Positions 1 through 10,570 of a stretch of 64,000 nucleotides of DNA are shown here, piece after piece. The notes below the pieces were generated by a model. It searched no databases, was not told where the DNA came from, and was given only the letters and a program-made list of their open reading frames with translations. A program made the translations under genes and the position numbers. The stretch lies in contig OY781089.1 of assembly GCA_963676565.1 (NCBI GenBank), positions 2,208,001 to 2,272,000 on the forward strand, written 5' to 3'. The stretch comes from Halarcobacter sp. GTDB taxonomy: Bacteria > Campylobacterota > Campylobacteria > Campylobacterales > Arcobacteraceae. The stretch's first letter is position 1. Every line of letters starts with the position of its first letter.

Positions 1-127
1 CTGCATCTCTACCCACTGCAAACTCACCACCAATAATTGTGTGAGTTAAAAAACCTTTTGTTCTTTGAGTAAATCTTGTATTAGAAGCTTTTTCAATGCT
101 TCCGTCTTTATGTCCAATTATAATCAA
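1..127 (-). CDS. cheD: Chemoreceptor glutamine deamidase CheD, N-terminal part (runs off the window edge)
   Basis: Manual translation from TTG at 127 gives MIIIGHKDGSIEKASNTRFTQRTKGFLTHTIIGGEFAVGRDA; overlaps the cheR stop (TTGA); the GEF motif and position after cheR fit CheD. Confidence 0.7.
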   Translation of the reverse strand, partial: MIIIGHKDGSIEKASNTRFTQRTKGFLTHTIIGGEFAVGRDA

Positions 128-969
128 GTTAATTCCTTTGTCTTAATGAAAATATTTTGCCCTATTCTTTGAACAAAATTAATTAAATCATGGGGATTTT
201 CTGAATGACCTAAGTATAAAGTCCCCCCTACTTTTAAATGATTAAACAATTTTCTTAATATCTTATTTTGATCAACTGTAGAAAAATATATTAAAACATT
301 TCTGCAGAATATTACATCAAATTGATTTTTTTCATAGGGATAAGAGGGATCACTTAAATTCATAACTTGAAAGGTACACATTTTTTGTAGTTCTGGCTTT
401 ACTTTTATTAAAACCTCTTCAGATGCAAGATTTTTTTGAACTCTTCTTTTAAAATATTTTTGGGGTTTAATCCAAGAAGGAAACTCTTTAGATGATTTGG
501 CATATCTATAAACACCATTTGCTGCATATTGAAGTACATTTGTATCAATATCAGTAGCTAAAATGGTTGCTTTTATATTTTTATTTAACTCCTCTGATGT
601 TTCAAGGACCGTCATCGCCATAGAATAAGGCTCTTCTCCTGTAGAAGAGGCAGAACAATACATCTTTATTGTCTCTCCACTTTTTGCAAATTGAGGTAAA
701 ACTCTATCTTTTAGATCTGTAAAGTGGAAATCTTCTCTGAAAAAATGTGTTTTGTTTGTAGTAAAAGAGTTGATAAATTCTTTTTGGTAATTACCCTCAC
801 TCTCAATAGTATCTAATAACTCTTCGATATCACCAGTATATTTTGTATCTCTTTTTAATTTATGAAGTCTATTTGCAATCATAATATCTTTATTCTCTGA
901 AAGGGTAATTCCTGTCAAAGAATAAAGTATCTTTTTTACTCTATCATGTAAAGCATTATTATCTAGCAT
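124..969 (-). CDS. cheR: Chemotaxis protein methyltransferase CheR
   Basis: TTNKTHFFRE, SSTGEEPYS, ATDID, FCRNVLIYF and LGHSE motifs. Confidence 0.96.
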   Translation of the reverse strand: MLDNNALHDRVKKILYSLTGITLSENKDIMIANRLHKLKRDTKYTGDIEELLDTIESEGNYQKEFINSFTTNKTHFFREDFHFTDLKDRVLPQFAKSGETIKMYCSASSTGEEPYSMAMTVLETSEELNKNIKATILATDIDTNVLQYAANGVYRYAKSSKEFPSWIKPQKYFKRRVQKNLASEEVLIKVKPELQKMCTFQVMNLSDPSYPYEKNQFDVIFCRNVLIYFSTVDQNKILRKLFNHLKVGGTLYLGHSENPHDLINFVQRIGQNIFIKTKELT

Positions 970-974
970 ACTTG

Positions 975-3059
975 TTAAGACGCTCTTTGAGCAATATTCA
1001 TATCTTTTTCGATTTTTATTTGAGCATTAATTATTCCTAATACATCTAGAATTAATCCAATACTTCCATCACCTCTAACTGTTGCAGCTCCAATACCTTC
1101 TACACTTCTAAAGTTTTTATCAAGTGGTTTTACAACAACTTGGTGTTGATTTAAGAACTCATCAATTGATATTGCTACTTTTTGGTTTCCTGATTTAACA
1201 ACAATTAACATTCCATCTTCTAATTTATCAAATGTTGGTTCTACTCCAAATAGATTATGTAATCTTACAACAGGAATAAACTCTTCTCTAAGCATCAATA
1301 AATCTTGTGAACCATCTCCAATTTTTTTAATCATATCTGGTGTTGGTTGTAATGATTCAACAATTGAACTTAAAGGTAAAATGTATTTTTGATCACCAAC
1401 AGCTATATCTAATCCATCTAAGATTGCAAGAGTAAGAGGTAACATAATAGTAATTACAGTACCTTTACCAAGTTCTGTATCTAATTTAATCGCTCCACCA
1501 AGTTTTTGAATATTTGTTTTTACAACATCCATTCCAACTCCACGACCAGAAATATCAGTTACTTTATCTGCAGTTGAAACTCCAGCACCAAATACCAACA
1601 TTGCTTTTTCATTATCACTCATTGATTTATGTTGATTTTCATCAATTTGACCTTGGTCTAGAGCTTTTTGAGCAACTTTTTCAATATCTATACCTTTCCC
1701 ATCATCTTCAATTGTAATAATCATCTGACCATTTGCTTGTTCTGCAGAAATAGTAATTGCACCAACTTCTTCTTTATCATTAGCAATTCTTACATCAGGA
1801 GTTTCTAAACCATGATCAAGTGAATTTCTAATAATATGCATTAAAGGATCTGTTAACCCTTCAATCATAGCTTTATCAATTTCAACACCATCGCCATAGT
1901 GTTTAAATTCTACTTTTTTACCAAGTTTTTTAGAAATATCTCTAACAACTTTTGGAAATTTTGAATAAATTGATTCCATTGGTACCATTCGGATACTCAT
2001 AATTGAATCTTGCATATCTCTAATGTGTCTTTCAAGAAGTTCAAGTCTTTCTAATACTGCATTTCTTGTTTTTGTTTCTTCAATTGATGTAGAAAACTGA
2101 GTTAACATTGCATTTGTAATAACTAAGTCACCTACATTATTCATAAGTAAATCAATTTTATCAAGATTTACTCTAATATTTGAAGATGAAGATTTTTTTG
2201 TAGATTCTTTTTCTTCTTCCCTTGAAGGTCTTGCTTTTCTTTCTGCTCTCGCAGTAGGGGTATCTGCTTTTACAGGAGTTGATTTTACTTCAGGAGTTGC
2301 AATTTTGACTTCTTCTTCATTATTAATTACTTTAACTGGTTTTTCTAGTTCTTCTTTTTGATCTTCATTATTAGCTACAATTTCAGAATCAGGAGAAAGG
2401 TCAGGCATGTCATCAAAGAATCCAAAGTCATCATTATCATCATGAATAATTTCCGGTGCTACATAATTTTCTGATTTTTTATCTAATTCTTCATCAAAAA
2501 AACCATATTTGCCATCTTCTGTTTCAAAATCTTCTTCTTTGAAGAATCCATATGATACATTAAACTTATCATCATTAACTTCTTGTTCATAAAAACCAAA
2601 GTTTTCATTTTTTTCAGTCTCTTCAACATCATTAGAAGAAACAGAATTTGGAGTTTCTCCATTGATATATGCTCTAATATCTTCAAGTAATGAAGCGGTC
2701 ATATCATCAAAAGTTGCTCTATCAAGTGTACCTGATACTTCTAAATCTAAAAGCTCTTTCATTACATCTAAACCATCAATTAAAGTTCCAGCCATTTCAG
2801 GTATAAACTCAATTTCATGGTTTCTTAATTTATCCATCATATTTTCAACATCATGGGTAAACTCAGCGAATAAAGTCAATTCAACAGATGCACCACTTCC
2901 TTTTAGTGTGTGTACATCTCTAAAAAGTTGACTCATCTCTTCGTCAGTTAGAGTTCCGTTGTTCTCTGCTTCTAACAGTACATTATCAGCAGATTCAAAA
3001 AGCTCCTCAGCCTCTTCAACAAACATCTCTCTGTATTTAGAAATATCAAATCCAGACAT
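975..3059 (-). CDS. cheA: Chemotaxis histidine kinase CheA (Hpt, dimerisation, HATPase and CheW domains; no C-terminal receiver)
   Basis: FRDVHTLKG Hpt, HIIRNSLDHG, EDDGKG, SGRGVGMDVVK, C-terminal CheW-like domain. Confidence 0.97.
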   Translation of the reverse strand: MSGFDISKYREMFVEEAEELFESADNVLLEAENNGTLTDEEMSQLFRDVHTLKGSGASVELTLFAEFTHDVENMMDKLRNHEIEFIPEMAGTLIDGLDVMKELLDLEVSGTLDRATFDDMTASLLEDIRAYINGETPNSVSSNDVEETEKNENFGFYEQEVNDDKFNVSYGFFKEEDFETEDGKYGFFDEELDKKSENYVAPEIIHDDNDDFGFFDDMPDLSPDSEIVANNEDQKEELEKPVKVINNEEEVKIATPEVKSTPVKADTPTARAERKARPSREEEKESTKKSSSSNIRVNLDKIDLLMNNVGDLVITNAMLTQFSTSIEETKTRNAVLERLELLERHIRDMQDSIMSIRMVPMESIYSKFPKVVRDISKKLGKKVEFKHYGDGVEIDKAMIEGLTDPLMHIIRNSLDHGLETPDVRIANDKEEVGAITISAEQANGQMIITIEDDGKGIDIEKVAQKALDQGQIDENQHKSMSDNEKAMLVFGAGVSTADKVTDISGRGVGMDVVKTNIQKLGGAIKLDTELGKGTVITIMLPLTLAILDGLDIAVGDQKYILPLSSIVESLQPTPDMIKKIGDGSQDLLMLREEFIPVVRLHNLFGVEPTFDKLEDGMLIVVKSGNQKVAISIDEFLNQHQVVVKPLDKNFRSVEGIGAATVRGDGSIGLILDVLGIINAQIKIEKDMNIAQRAS

Positions 3060-3071
3060 AATATAACCTTT

Positions 3072-3440
3072 TTATCTACTTAATACTATATTAACTGCTT
3101 TTAACAATTGTTCTGGAACAAAAGGTTTAACAATCCAACCAGTTGCCCCTGCAGCTTTACCTTTTGCTTTCATTTCATCACTTCTTTCAGTTGTTAAAAC
3201 TAAAATTGGCTTACTTGAATAAGCAGAAAGCTTTCTTAATTCTCCTATAAGTGTTAACCCATCCATATTAGGCATATTTACATCTGTAATAATAAGGTCA
3301 AATGTTTGACTCTTAGCCTTTTCTAATCCATCAACACCATCAACTGCCTCTACAACATCAGTGTAACCACCTTCATTTAATGCATAATTTAGCATATCTC
3401 TCAACATTGTAGAATCATCAACAATTAAAAGCTTAGCCAT
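3072..3440 (-). CDS. cheY: Chemotaxis response regulator CheY
   Basis: Single receiver domain: VDDS, TDVNMPNMDG, LTTE, WIVKPF; first gene of che operon. Confidence 0.95.
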   Translation of the reverse strand: MAKLLIVDDSTMLRDMLNYALNEGGYTDVVEAVDGVDGLEKAKSQTFDLIITDVNMPNMDGLTLIGELRKLSAYSSKPILVLTTERSDEMKAKGKAAGATGWIVKPFVPEQLLKAVNIVLSR

Positions 3441-3642
3441 AAAAACCCCTTGTTTTTTAATGAAAAAATATTATTTTTACTATATTAACTAAAGAAATAT
3501 TAATTTAAGTTTAGTAATTCAATCTATTTATTATGAATTGATAATTGTGGGTATAATAGGAGTCTTGGGTATTTATTGCTTATTAATGCTTAAAAAAATA
3601 AATAAGTTTTAATGAATATATTAAAATTATTAGTAGGATAAG

Positions 3643-3673
3643 ATAAAAGCTGAATGAATAATTCAGCTTTTAT
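3643..3673 (-). terminator. Intrinsic terminator after pnp
   Basis: Perfect 13-bp inverted repeat ATAAAAGCTGAAT/ATTCAGCTTTTAT just after the pnp stop. Confidence 0.75.
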
Positions 3674-3678
3674 TTGCT

Positions 3679-5862
3679 TTATAGAGAACTAGATGCTAAT
3701 TCTATTCTGTCTTTTTTTACTTTTAACACTTTTATTTCAACAGAGTCATCAACATTTAAAACATCTTCAACTTTTTTAACTCTTTGTTTAGAGATTTTAG
3801 AAATATGTAATAACCCTTCACCACCTTTTGGTAGCTCTACAAAGGCACCAAAGTCAGCAAGTCTAACTACTTTACCTGTTAAAACTTCATCTATTTGATA
3901 TAGTTTTTCAAAATCTATATTTTTCTTTGGGTTATCTCTTCTAGAACTTGCATTATTTGAAATAGTTTTTATATGTTCACAAGCATCTAAAACATTTTGT
4001 TTGTTATCTCCACTTACTTTTACATTACCTGTATCTCTATCTAAATCGATTGATACTGAGAATTTTTCAATTATCTCTTTTATTGTTGCACCAGCTTTTC
4101 CTATAATTACCATAAACTTACTTGGGTCAATTGCAAATTGCTCAATTAAAGGTAAAGCTTCACTTGGTACTATTTCTAAAGAAGCTTCTTCCATTAATCC
4201 TAAAATATGTTCTCTTCCCTCTTTTGCTTGTAATAATGCTTCTTTTAAAACTGATAATTCAATTCCACCAAGTTTTATATCCATTTGTAGAGCAGTGATT
4301 CCTTCTCTTGTTCCAGCAACTTTAAAATCCATATCTCCATCATGGTCTTCTAATCCCATAATATCTGTTAAAACTGAATAATTGTCACCTTCAACAACCA
4401 TACCCATTGCTACACCAGCAACTAGATTAGAAATAGGAACACCTGCTGCTTTAAGTGCTAAAGAACCACCACAAACAGTTGCCATAGATGAAGAACCATT
4501 AGATTCTAAAATTTCAGAAACAAGTCTTACTGTTTCATCATAATCTTTATCGATAGTTGCCTCTAAAGCTTTTTTAGCTAGATTTCCATGACCTAATTCA
4601 CGTCTTCCTACACCAAACATAGGTTTTGCCTCACCAACTGAAAAACCTGGGAAGTTATAATGAACCATAAAGTTTTCTACATTTGTAGATTTTTCTGTTA
4701 AAACCTCATACATTTGCCCATCTTTTGGTCCAGCTAATGTACCAACTACTAAAGCTTGAGTCTCCCCCCTTGTAAATAAACAAGATGAGTGAGTTGATGG
4801 TAAGATATTCGTATCAATAGTAATAGGTCTTACATCTCTTAATCCTCTTCCATCAGCTCTAACTTTATCATTTACAATCATTGATCTAACTGCTTCTCTT
4901 TTTACAATAGAAACAGCTTCATAAACAGTTGAGAATTCAATCTCATTTGAAACACAATATTCATCTTTTGAAATTAATTTTGCAACATCTTTAAGTTCTG
5001 TAGCTCTTTCACTTTTTGCTAATTTTTTTAATGCTTCTTTAACATTAGAAATATAGTTATCTCTTACGTAATTAATCACTTTCTCATCAATTGTAAATTC
5101 AACTAATTCAACATCACAAATCTCTTTGCAAACAGATTCAAAAGCTTTTTCATAAGTTTCATTAGACTCTTTCAGAGCTTCTTGAGCTACTGCAATTGCT
5201 TCAACTAATTGATCTTCATCCATTTCATTTGTTTTATGAAGTTTAGAAAATGCTTCAATATCAACTTCAACCATCTCTTCAGATGAGATAGCTTTCATTT
5301 CAATCATTAATAGTTCTTCTTTAGAACCAGCAACATAAAGGTCTAAAGTTGACTCTTCTAATTGAGAACTCGATGGATTAACAACATATTCACCCTCAAT
5401 TTTAGCAACTCTAACACCTGAAATTGATTTTTTAATTGGAAGGTTAGATGTATAAAGTGCAGCACTAGCAGCATTTAAAGCTAAAACTTGTAAATCAACA
5501 TCCTTATCTGCACTTAAAACAATTACTGTAATTGTTGTAGGGTATACATAACCTTTAGGGAAAAGTGGTCTTAAACTTCTATCAATAACCCTTGAAGTTA
5601 AGGTTTCAAATTCACTTGGTTTTGCTTCTCTTTTTATAAAACCACCTGGCAGTTTTGCAGCGGCATATGTCTTTTCTACATATTGAACAGTTAAAGGAGT
5701 AAAGTCTTCTTCAACTGGATTATCAAATTCACTTACAACCGTAGCTAGAACAACAGCATTTCCTAATTTTGCTAATACAGACCCATTAGCTTGTTTGGCA
5801 ACCTTCCCAAACTCAAATATTTCTTGTTTTCCATTCAACTCAAATTCACACACTGTTGACAT
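3679..5862 (-). CDS. pnp: Polyribonucleotide nucleotidyltransferase (PNPase)
   Basis: Two RNase PH domains (GGFIKRE, ESNGSSSMATVCGG, DGDMDFKVAG) plus KH and S1 domains. Confidence 0.97.
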   Translation of the reverse strand: MSTVCEFELNGKQEIFEFGKVAKQANGSVLAKLGNAVVLATVVSEFDNPVEEDFTPLTVQYVEKTYAAAKLPGGFIKREAKPSEFETLTSRVIDRSLRPLFPKGYVYPTTITVIVLSADKDVDLQVLALNAASAALYTSNLPIKKSISGVRVAKIEGEYVVNPSSSQLEESTLDLYVAGSKEELLMIEMKAISSEEMVEVDIEAFSKLHKTNEMDEDQLVEAIAVAQEALKESNETYEKAFESVCKEICDVELVEFTIDEKVINYVRDNYISNVKEALKKLAKSERATELKDVAKLISKDEYCVSNEIEFSTVYEAVSIVKREAVRSMIVNDKVRADGRGLRDVRPITIDTNILPSTHSSCLFTRGETQALVVGTLAGPKDGQMYEVLTEKSTNVENFMVHYNFPGFSVGEAKPMFGVGRRELGHGNLAKKALEATIDKDYDETVRLVSEILESNGSSSMATVCGGSLALKAAGVPISNLVAGVAMGMVVEGDNYSVLTDIMGLEDHDGDMDFKVAGTREGITALQMDIKLGGIELSVLKEALLQAKEGREHILGLMEEASLEIVPSEALPLIEQFAIDPSKFMVIIGKAGATIKEIIEKFSVSIDLDRDTGNVKVSGDNKQNVLDACEHIKTISNNASSRRDNPKKNIDFEKLYQIDEVLTGKVVRLADFGAFVELPKGGEGLLHISKISKQRVKKVEDVLNVDDSVEIKVLKVKKDRIELASSSL

Positions 5863-6519
5863 CTAATTTCCTTTTTCTCTATATTTTTTTACATCATCGT
5901 AAGTTAACATTTCCAACTCATCATAATAAAAATCGATACTAATAAAATGATCAAGATTTTTTACATAATAAAGGTCATCTGCAATTGATTCTATAGTAGA
6001 AATACTAGCAGTTGGTAAAATTGGTATTGCCACTGAAACTGACTTTGCTCCAAGATGAATTGCAGTTTTAATACAAGCCATCATTGTTAAACTTGTATTT
6101 AAACCTTCATCAATAAGTAAAACATTTTTGTTTTCTAAGTCTTTTAATTTTGTACCTTTTCTAAACTTGTTTACACAAGAAGAGAGTTCATTATCAAAGA
6201 TATATCTAGATTTTGAGAAAACAAAATCTAAACTAATTTCAAAGGCTTTAACTAACTCTTCGTGAATTACAACTTCCTCAGTTTCAGTCACAATAGCAAT
6301 TTCACACTCATCATTATTAGGTGAAAATATTTTCCTCGAAAACATTATATCAAGTTTTGCATTTAATTCGTTGGCAATTATCTCTGCAATGGGGTATCCA
6401 TTGTACGAACTTGCAATAACAGTCCAGTCTTCTAATTTCATTTTATTAATAGGAAGAATATCAATAAGTCTATATGCGGCCACATCTCTATTTTTAAAAT
6501 ATATCTTGTCTGGCGTCAT
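5863..6519 (-). CDS. Phosphoribosyltransferase-family protein (degenerate PRPP loop)
   Basis: FKNR-x-AA N-terminus; VLLIDEGLNTSLTM resembles the PRPP-binding VDDGxATGxT loop. Confidence 0.8.
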   Translation of the reverse strand: MTPDKIYFKNRDVAAYRLIDILPINKMKLEDWTVIASSYNGYPIAEIIANELNAKLDIMFSRKIFSPNNDECEIAIVTETEEVVIHEELVKAFEISLDFVFSKSRYIFDNELSSCVNKFRKGTKLKDLENKNVLLIDEGLNTSLTMMACIKTAIHLGAKSVSVAIPILPTASISTIESIADDLYYVKNLDHFISIDFYYDELEMLTYDDVKKYREKGN

Positions 6520-6522
6520 ATT

Positions 6523-8622
6523 TTAGTTATCCTTGTTTATTTCATACTCTTGCATCACACCACCTAAAGGTTTTAAGAATAGTTCTATATAGACAATATC
6601 TTGTTCAATTGGATCTGAGGTAGTTGTAGAAGCAGCAGTAATCTCATTTTGGTATTTTAGGTTTAAATCCCAACAACTGTCATTTATTGAAAATTTAAAT
6701 GATTGTCTTGTTCTTAAATTCTCTTCTAAATTATATTTTGTACTATATCCAATAGAATATCTATCTGATAGTTTATATTTAGAATCGATTGTATATGATT
6801 CTAAATCTTCATCAAAGCCTGCATTAGCTGATTGCCTAGCTAAATAATGTCCAAGTTTTAAATAAAAATTATTATAGTTCAATGAAAAAGAAGTTGAACT
6901 TTCTACGAACTTTTTATCTTGTTGATTATAAATAAACTTGTTTTTCATAGAACCAAGAATATAATTATATATAATCTCATTTTCTAAGTTTTGTAGCTTT
7001 GGATTATCTTCTTCATATAAAATAGTTTGTTTAATTTTATGTTTCACAATCTCTTTTAAACTATCTTTATCATAAAAAGAATGATTTAAACCAAAAGCTA
7101 TGGTATCCTCAGTTTTTGCAACAGGGAAAGAACTTAAATCAGAAAATGAAATATCACTATTATAATATAAGTCTCCATTTTCTTTTATTGTATTAGCTTT
7201 ATTAAAATCTGTAAATAAGTTTACAGAATGAATATATTTATCATATGGTTTTATCAAATCACTATTTAAAGATAATGTTGTATTACTTTCAGCAAAAGTA
7301 GCATTCTCATATTTAGTTGATGAAAAATTACTATAGTTGAATCTATTTAAAGAAAAAGAATGTCTAATCTCAAAATTTAAATAATTATCGAACAATGAAA
7401 GTGAATATGATAAAGGAACACTAAGTTCATATTGATTTGCACTTATCCCATCCCGTCTATAATGATTTGTAATTTTTAAATCTGCTGAATATAATAGTTT
7501 ATCTAAAAATAAAGGTTTCGAATAACTATGAGTCTGAACTTTAGGTAACTCTTGTAAAGTAGTTGCATTTGAGTCTTTTGTTGTATCAATATAATATCTA
7601 AAATAAGAACCTAAGAAATAATTTGGTGTATTGTAAACATAATTGATTCTAGATTCAATTTTACTTTCAATATCATCTCTATACTTTTCATCCTCCAAGG
7701 TTTTATATTCAATATCATTTAAATAGTTTAAATCTACATAAATACCATCAGTTGTATCAAGTTTTTTACCATTGAATAGATTGTTTCTTTCATATTTCAA
7801 ATCAAACCCATAGTGGTTTGCATTTCTTAAATTATACTCATCTACATAGTCACTTTTCTCTTTAAAATATCCACTGCTTAATTCAAAAATTGAATCTGCA
7901 GTATCTGCATACCTAAAATATGTATATAAACCTAAACCTCTAGTAGATCTAATTTGAGGTATAAATTCGATATCATAATTTTTTGCAGGAGCTAAATAAA
8001 TAGGTTGAGAAAAAAAAGTTCCTTCTGAAGAAGATAAACCAAAACTAGGCATTAGTAATCCTGTTCTTCTTGATTTATCAGTAGAAAAACCTAAATAAGG
8101 AGCATAAAATAAAGGGATATTTTTCATATATATTCTTGGATTATAGATATTAATCCATTTATCTTCAGTATCATAATCTGCACTAGAAGACCTAATACTC
8201 CAATCCGGGTCTACACAATCACAACTTGAAACAATAGAATCTTCAATATAAATTTTTTCTTTTCTTTTATCAGACTCGTTAGAACTAATCCAAACAGAAG
8301 TTGATTCATCATAATACATTGTTGGTTTTTGATAAATTCCATCATTTTTCATATCTAAAAAAGCATAATCACTTTTTGATTGAACGTTATTATTTCTTAA
8401 AATCATAACATCATCAAATAACTCAAAAGTTTCTTTCTCTTTGTCATAAATTATTTTTTGAGCAGTAATATAATAGGTTTTAGAATAAATTACCACATTA
8501 CCCGTTGCAACAAGTATATTATTTTCTTTTGTTTTAACATCATTAGCAATAATTTCAAACTTTTCATTTTGTGCATGTAAAGAAGCAACTAAAATAATTG
8601 TAGCAATAAATTTTCTAAGCAT
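6523..8622 (-). CDS. lptD: LPS-assembly protein LptD
   Basis: Signal peptide, OstA-like N-terminus, SSCD..PDWSI, RRTGLLMP, CWDLNL beta-barrel end. Confidence 0.92.
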   Translation of the reverse strand: MLRKFIATIILVASLHAQNEKFEIIANDVKTKENNILVATGNVVIYSKTYYITAQKIIYDKEKETFELFDDVMILRNNNVQSKSDYAFLDMKNDGIYQKPTMYYDESTSVWISSNESDKRKEKIYIEDSIVSSCDCVDPDWSIRSSSADYDTEDKWINIYNPRIYMKNIPLFYAPYLGFSTDKSRRTGLLMPSFGLSSSEGTFFSQPIYLAPAKNYDIEFIPQIRSTRGLGLYTYFRYADTADSIFELSSGYFKEKSDYVDEYNLRNANHYGFDLKYERNNLFNGKKLDTTDGIYVDLNYLNDIEYKTLEDEKYRDDIESKIESRINYVYNTPNYFLGSYFRYYIDTTKDSNATTLQELPKVQTHSYSKPLFLDKLLYSADLKITNHYRRDGISANQYELSVPLSYSLSLFDNYLNFEIRHSFSLNRFNYSNFSSTKYENATFAESNTTLSLNSDLIKPYDKYIHSVNLFTDFNKANTIKENGDLYYNSDISFSDLSSFPVAKTEDTIAFGLNHSFYDKDSLKEIVKHKIKQTILYEEDNPKLQNLENEIIYNYILGSMKNKFIYNQQDKKFVESSTSFSLNYNNFYLKLGHYLARQSANAGFDEDLESYTIDSKYKLSDRYSIGYSTKYNLEENLRTRQSFKFSINDSCWDLNLKYQNEITAASTTTSDPIEQDIVYIELFLKPLGGVMQEYEINKDN

Positions 8623-9046
8623 TAACGACTAAAGTCCTTCCAATTTTGTCATGAAGCGTTTGTCTTCCATCATTGAAAAAAGCAAATATAAATCCAATGT
8701 AAAAGAACATCTCACTAATAATTCTAATAATAGACCTAGTCATCGCAGTAACTATTGAAACTCTACCAAAATGGTTATAATCAATAACTTTAATTTTAGT
8801 TACTATTTTACCAATAGTAGCCCCATAATACCACACAAAAAAAGTTTGATATATAAATTTTAAAAATAAAACTTGCCATACAAATTGATTCATTATTGCT
8901 AAAAGGGTTACTAAATCATCACCTGTACTTGATATACTTCCCCAATACATTGCAATAACGATAAAGGTTATAAGAAAATCATCAATAACAAAAGCTAAAG
9001 TTCTTGAACGTATTGTTGCTAATTCTAAATTATCAGTGTTATTCAT
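8615..9046 (-). CDS. RDD family membrane protein
   Basis: R..AFVID, GATIGK, QTLHDKI motifs. Confidence 0.92.
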   Translation of the reverse strand: MNNTDNLELATIRSRTLAFVIDDFLITFIVIAMYWGSISSTGDDLVTLLAIMNQFVWQVLFLKFIYQTFFVWYYGATIGKIVTKIKVIDYNHFGRVSIVTAMTRSIIRIISEMFFYIGFIFAFFNDGRQTLHDKIGRTLVVNA

Positions 9047-9060
9047 CTATGATAAATCTC

Positions 9061-10329
9061 TTATTTTAGAGCTTGATATGCAATATCAGTTCTACATTTT
9101 TTCCCAGCAAAATGAACCTGTCCACAAAGTTTATATGCTCTATCTCTTGCTAGTTTGATTGTTTCACCAAACCCAACACAAAGAAGAACTCTTCCACCTG
9201 TTGCAAAAAGTTTGCCATCCTCTTTACTAACACCTGCATATGAGATATGTGTATTATTTAAAATCTCTTCATCAACTATCTCATCAACTATAATTTCAGC
9301 AGCAGGGCTAGATCCATATGGATAGTTTGCACTTGCCATTACAACGGCAACTCCATATTCATTTTTAATTTTTATATCTAATTTATCAAGCTGTTTAGTA
9401 GCTCCCTTATAAAATAAATCAGATACAGGAGTTTCTAATAAAGGCATTAAAATCTCACACTCTGGGTCACCAAATCTTACATTATATTCCAAAATAATTG
9501 GCTCACCGTTTACAACCATTACACCAATAAATAAAACACCTTCAAAAGGAGCACCCTCTTTTTTCATACCTTCTAGTGTTGGTTTAATTACTCTATCTTC
9601 AACTTTTTGGTAAATCTCGTCATTTACCAAAGGGGTTGGTGCATATGCTCCCATCCCTCCAGTATTTGGTCCAGTATCTCCATCCCCTACTCTTTTATGA
9701 TCTTGAGCAGCTGGTAATACTTTGTAGTTTTCGCCATCGCAAATAGCAAAAATAGATAATTCATATCCATCTAAATACTCTTCAACAACAATTGAAGTTC
9801 CAGCATCTCCAAATGATTCACCACTTAACATATCAGATGCTGCTTGTTTTGCTTCATCTTTATTTTGAGCTATAATTACACCTTTTCCTGCACATAAACC
9901 ATCTGCCTTTACAACAATTGGTTCATTCATAGTATCAATGAAATTATGAGCTTCTTCTACAGATGTAGTTTCTATAAACGCTGCTGTTGGTATGTTATAC
10001 TTTTTAAGAATATTTTTCATATACACCTTTGAGCCTTCAAGCTGAGCTGCAGCCTTACTTGGACCAAATACTGTTAAACCATTTTCTTTAAATATATCAA
10101 CAACACCATCTACTAATGGAGCTTCAGGACCTACTATTGTTAAATCAATTGTATTTTCTTTTGCCCATTGTGCCAATTCATTATAATCTTTAATATTTAT
10201 ATTAGTACCTAAATTGTCAGTTGCGCCATTCCCTGGCATAAAAAATAAGTTATGATTTTCCTCTTCTTTAGAAATAGCTAGTCCAATAGAGTATTCTCTA
10301 CCACCAGAACCAAGTATTAAAATGTTCAC
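9061..10329 (-). CDS. purD: Phosphoribosylamine--glycine ligase
   Basis: [50 protein letters not shown] start. Confidence 0.98.
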   Translation of the reverse strand: MNILILGSGGREYSIGLAISKEEENHNLFFMPGNGATDNLGTNINIKDYNELAQWAKENTIDLTIVGPEAPLVDGVVDIFKENGLTVFGPSKAAAQLEGSKVYMKNILKKYNIPTAAFIETTSVEEAHNFIDTMNEPIVVKADGLCAGKGVIIAQNKDEAKQAASDMLSGESFGDAGTSIVVEEYLDGYELSIFAICDGENYKVLPAAQDHKRVGDGDTGPNTGGMGAYAPTPLVNDEIYQKVEDRVIKPTLEGMKKEGAPFEGVLFIGVMVVNGEPIILEYNVRFGDPECEILMPLLETPVSDLFYKGATKQLDKLDIKIKNEYGVAVVMASANYPYGSSPAAEIIVDEIVDEEILNNTHISYAGVSKEDGKLFATGGRVLLCVGFGETIKLARDRAYKLCGQVHFAGKKCRTDIAYQALK

Positions 10330-10360
10330 TAGATTGTCCTTAATAATGAGTAATAAAATT

Positions 10361-10535
10361 AATCCAAGCAGCCGTTAACCATTTAAATGGCCCACAAAAG
10401 CCAACGTTAGCAGATAAGAATTATACTTAAGGAACAGAATTACAAAAGCAAACGTTCAACACCGTATAAATTACAATTATCCACAAAAATATAGTATCGG
10501 ACCCTCAACAATGGAAATCCCGCACTACTTAGATT
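10361..10535 (-). ncRNA. ssrS: 6S RNA (the former purD RNA motif of Campylobacterota)
   Basis: About 175 nt directly upstream of purD on the same strand; ends pair as AAUCUAAGUAG/CUGCUUGGAUU with G-U wobbles only on the minus strand; gcTAGAAT -10 box 6 nt upstream; known location of 6S RNA in this phylum. Confidence 0.8.
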
Positions 10536-10570
10536 ATAATAATTCTAGCTAATTTCGTTTAAATAAAAGA

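Noticed and set aside
8010..8017. A-homopolymer in lptD as a phase-variation tract
   Set aside because: Expected by chance at this AT content; the gene is essential and in frame; no long G/C tracts were seen in the window
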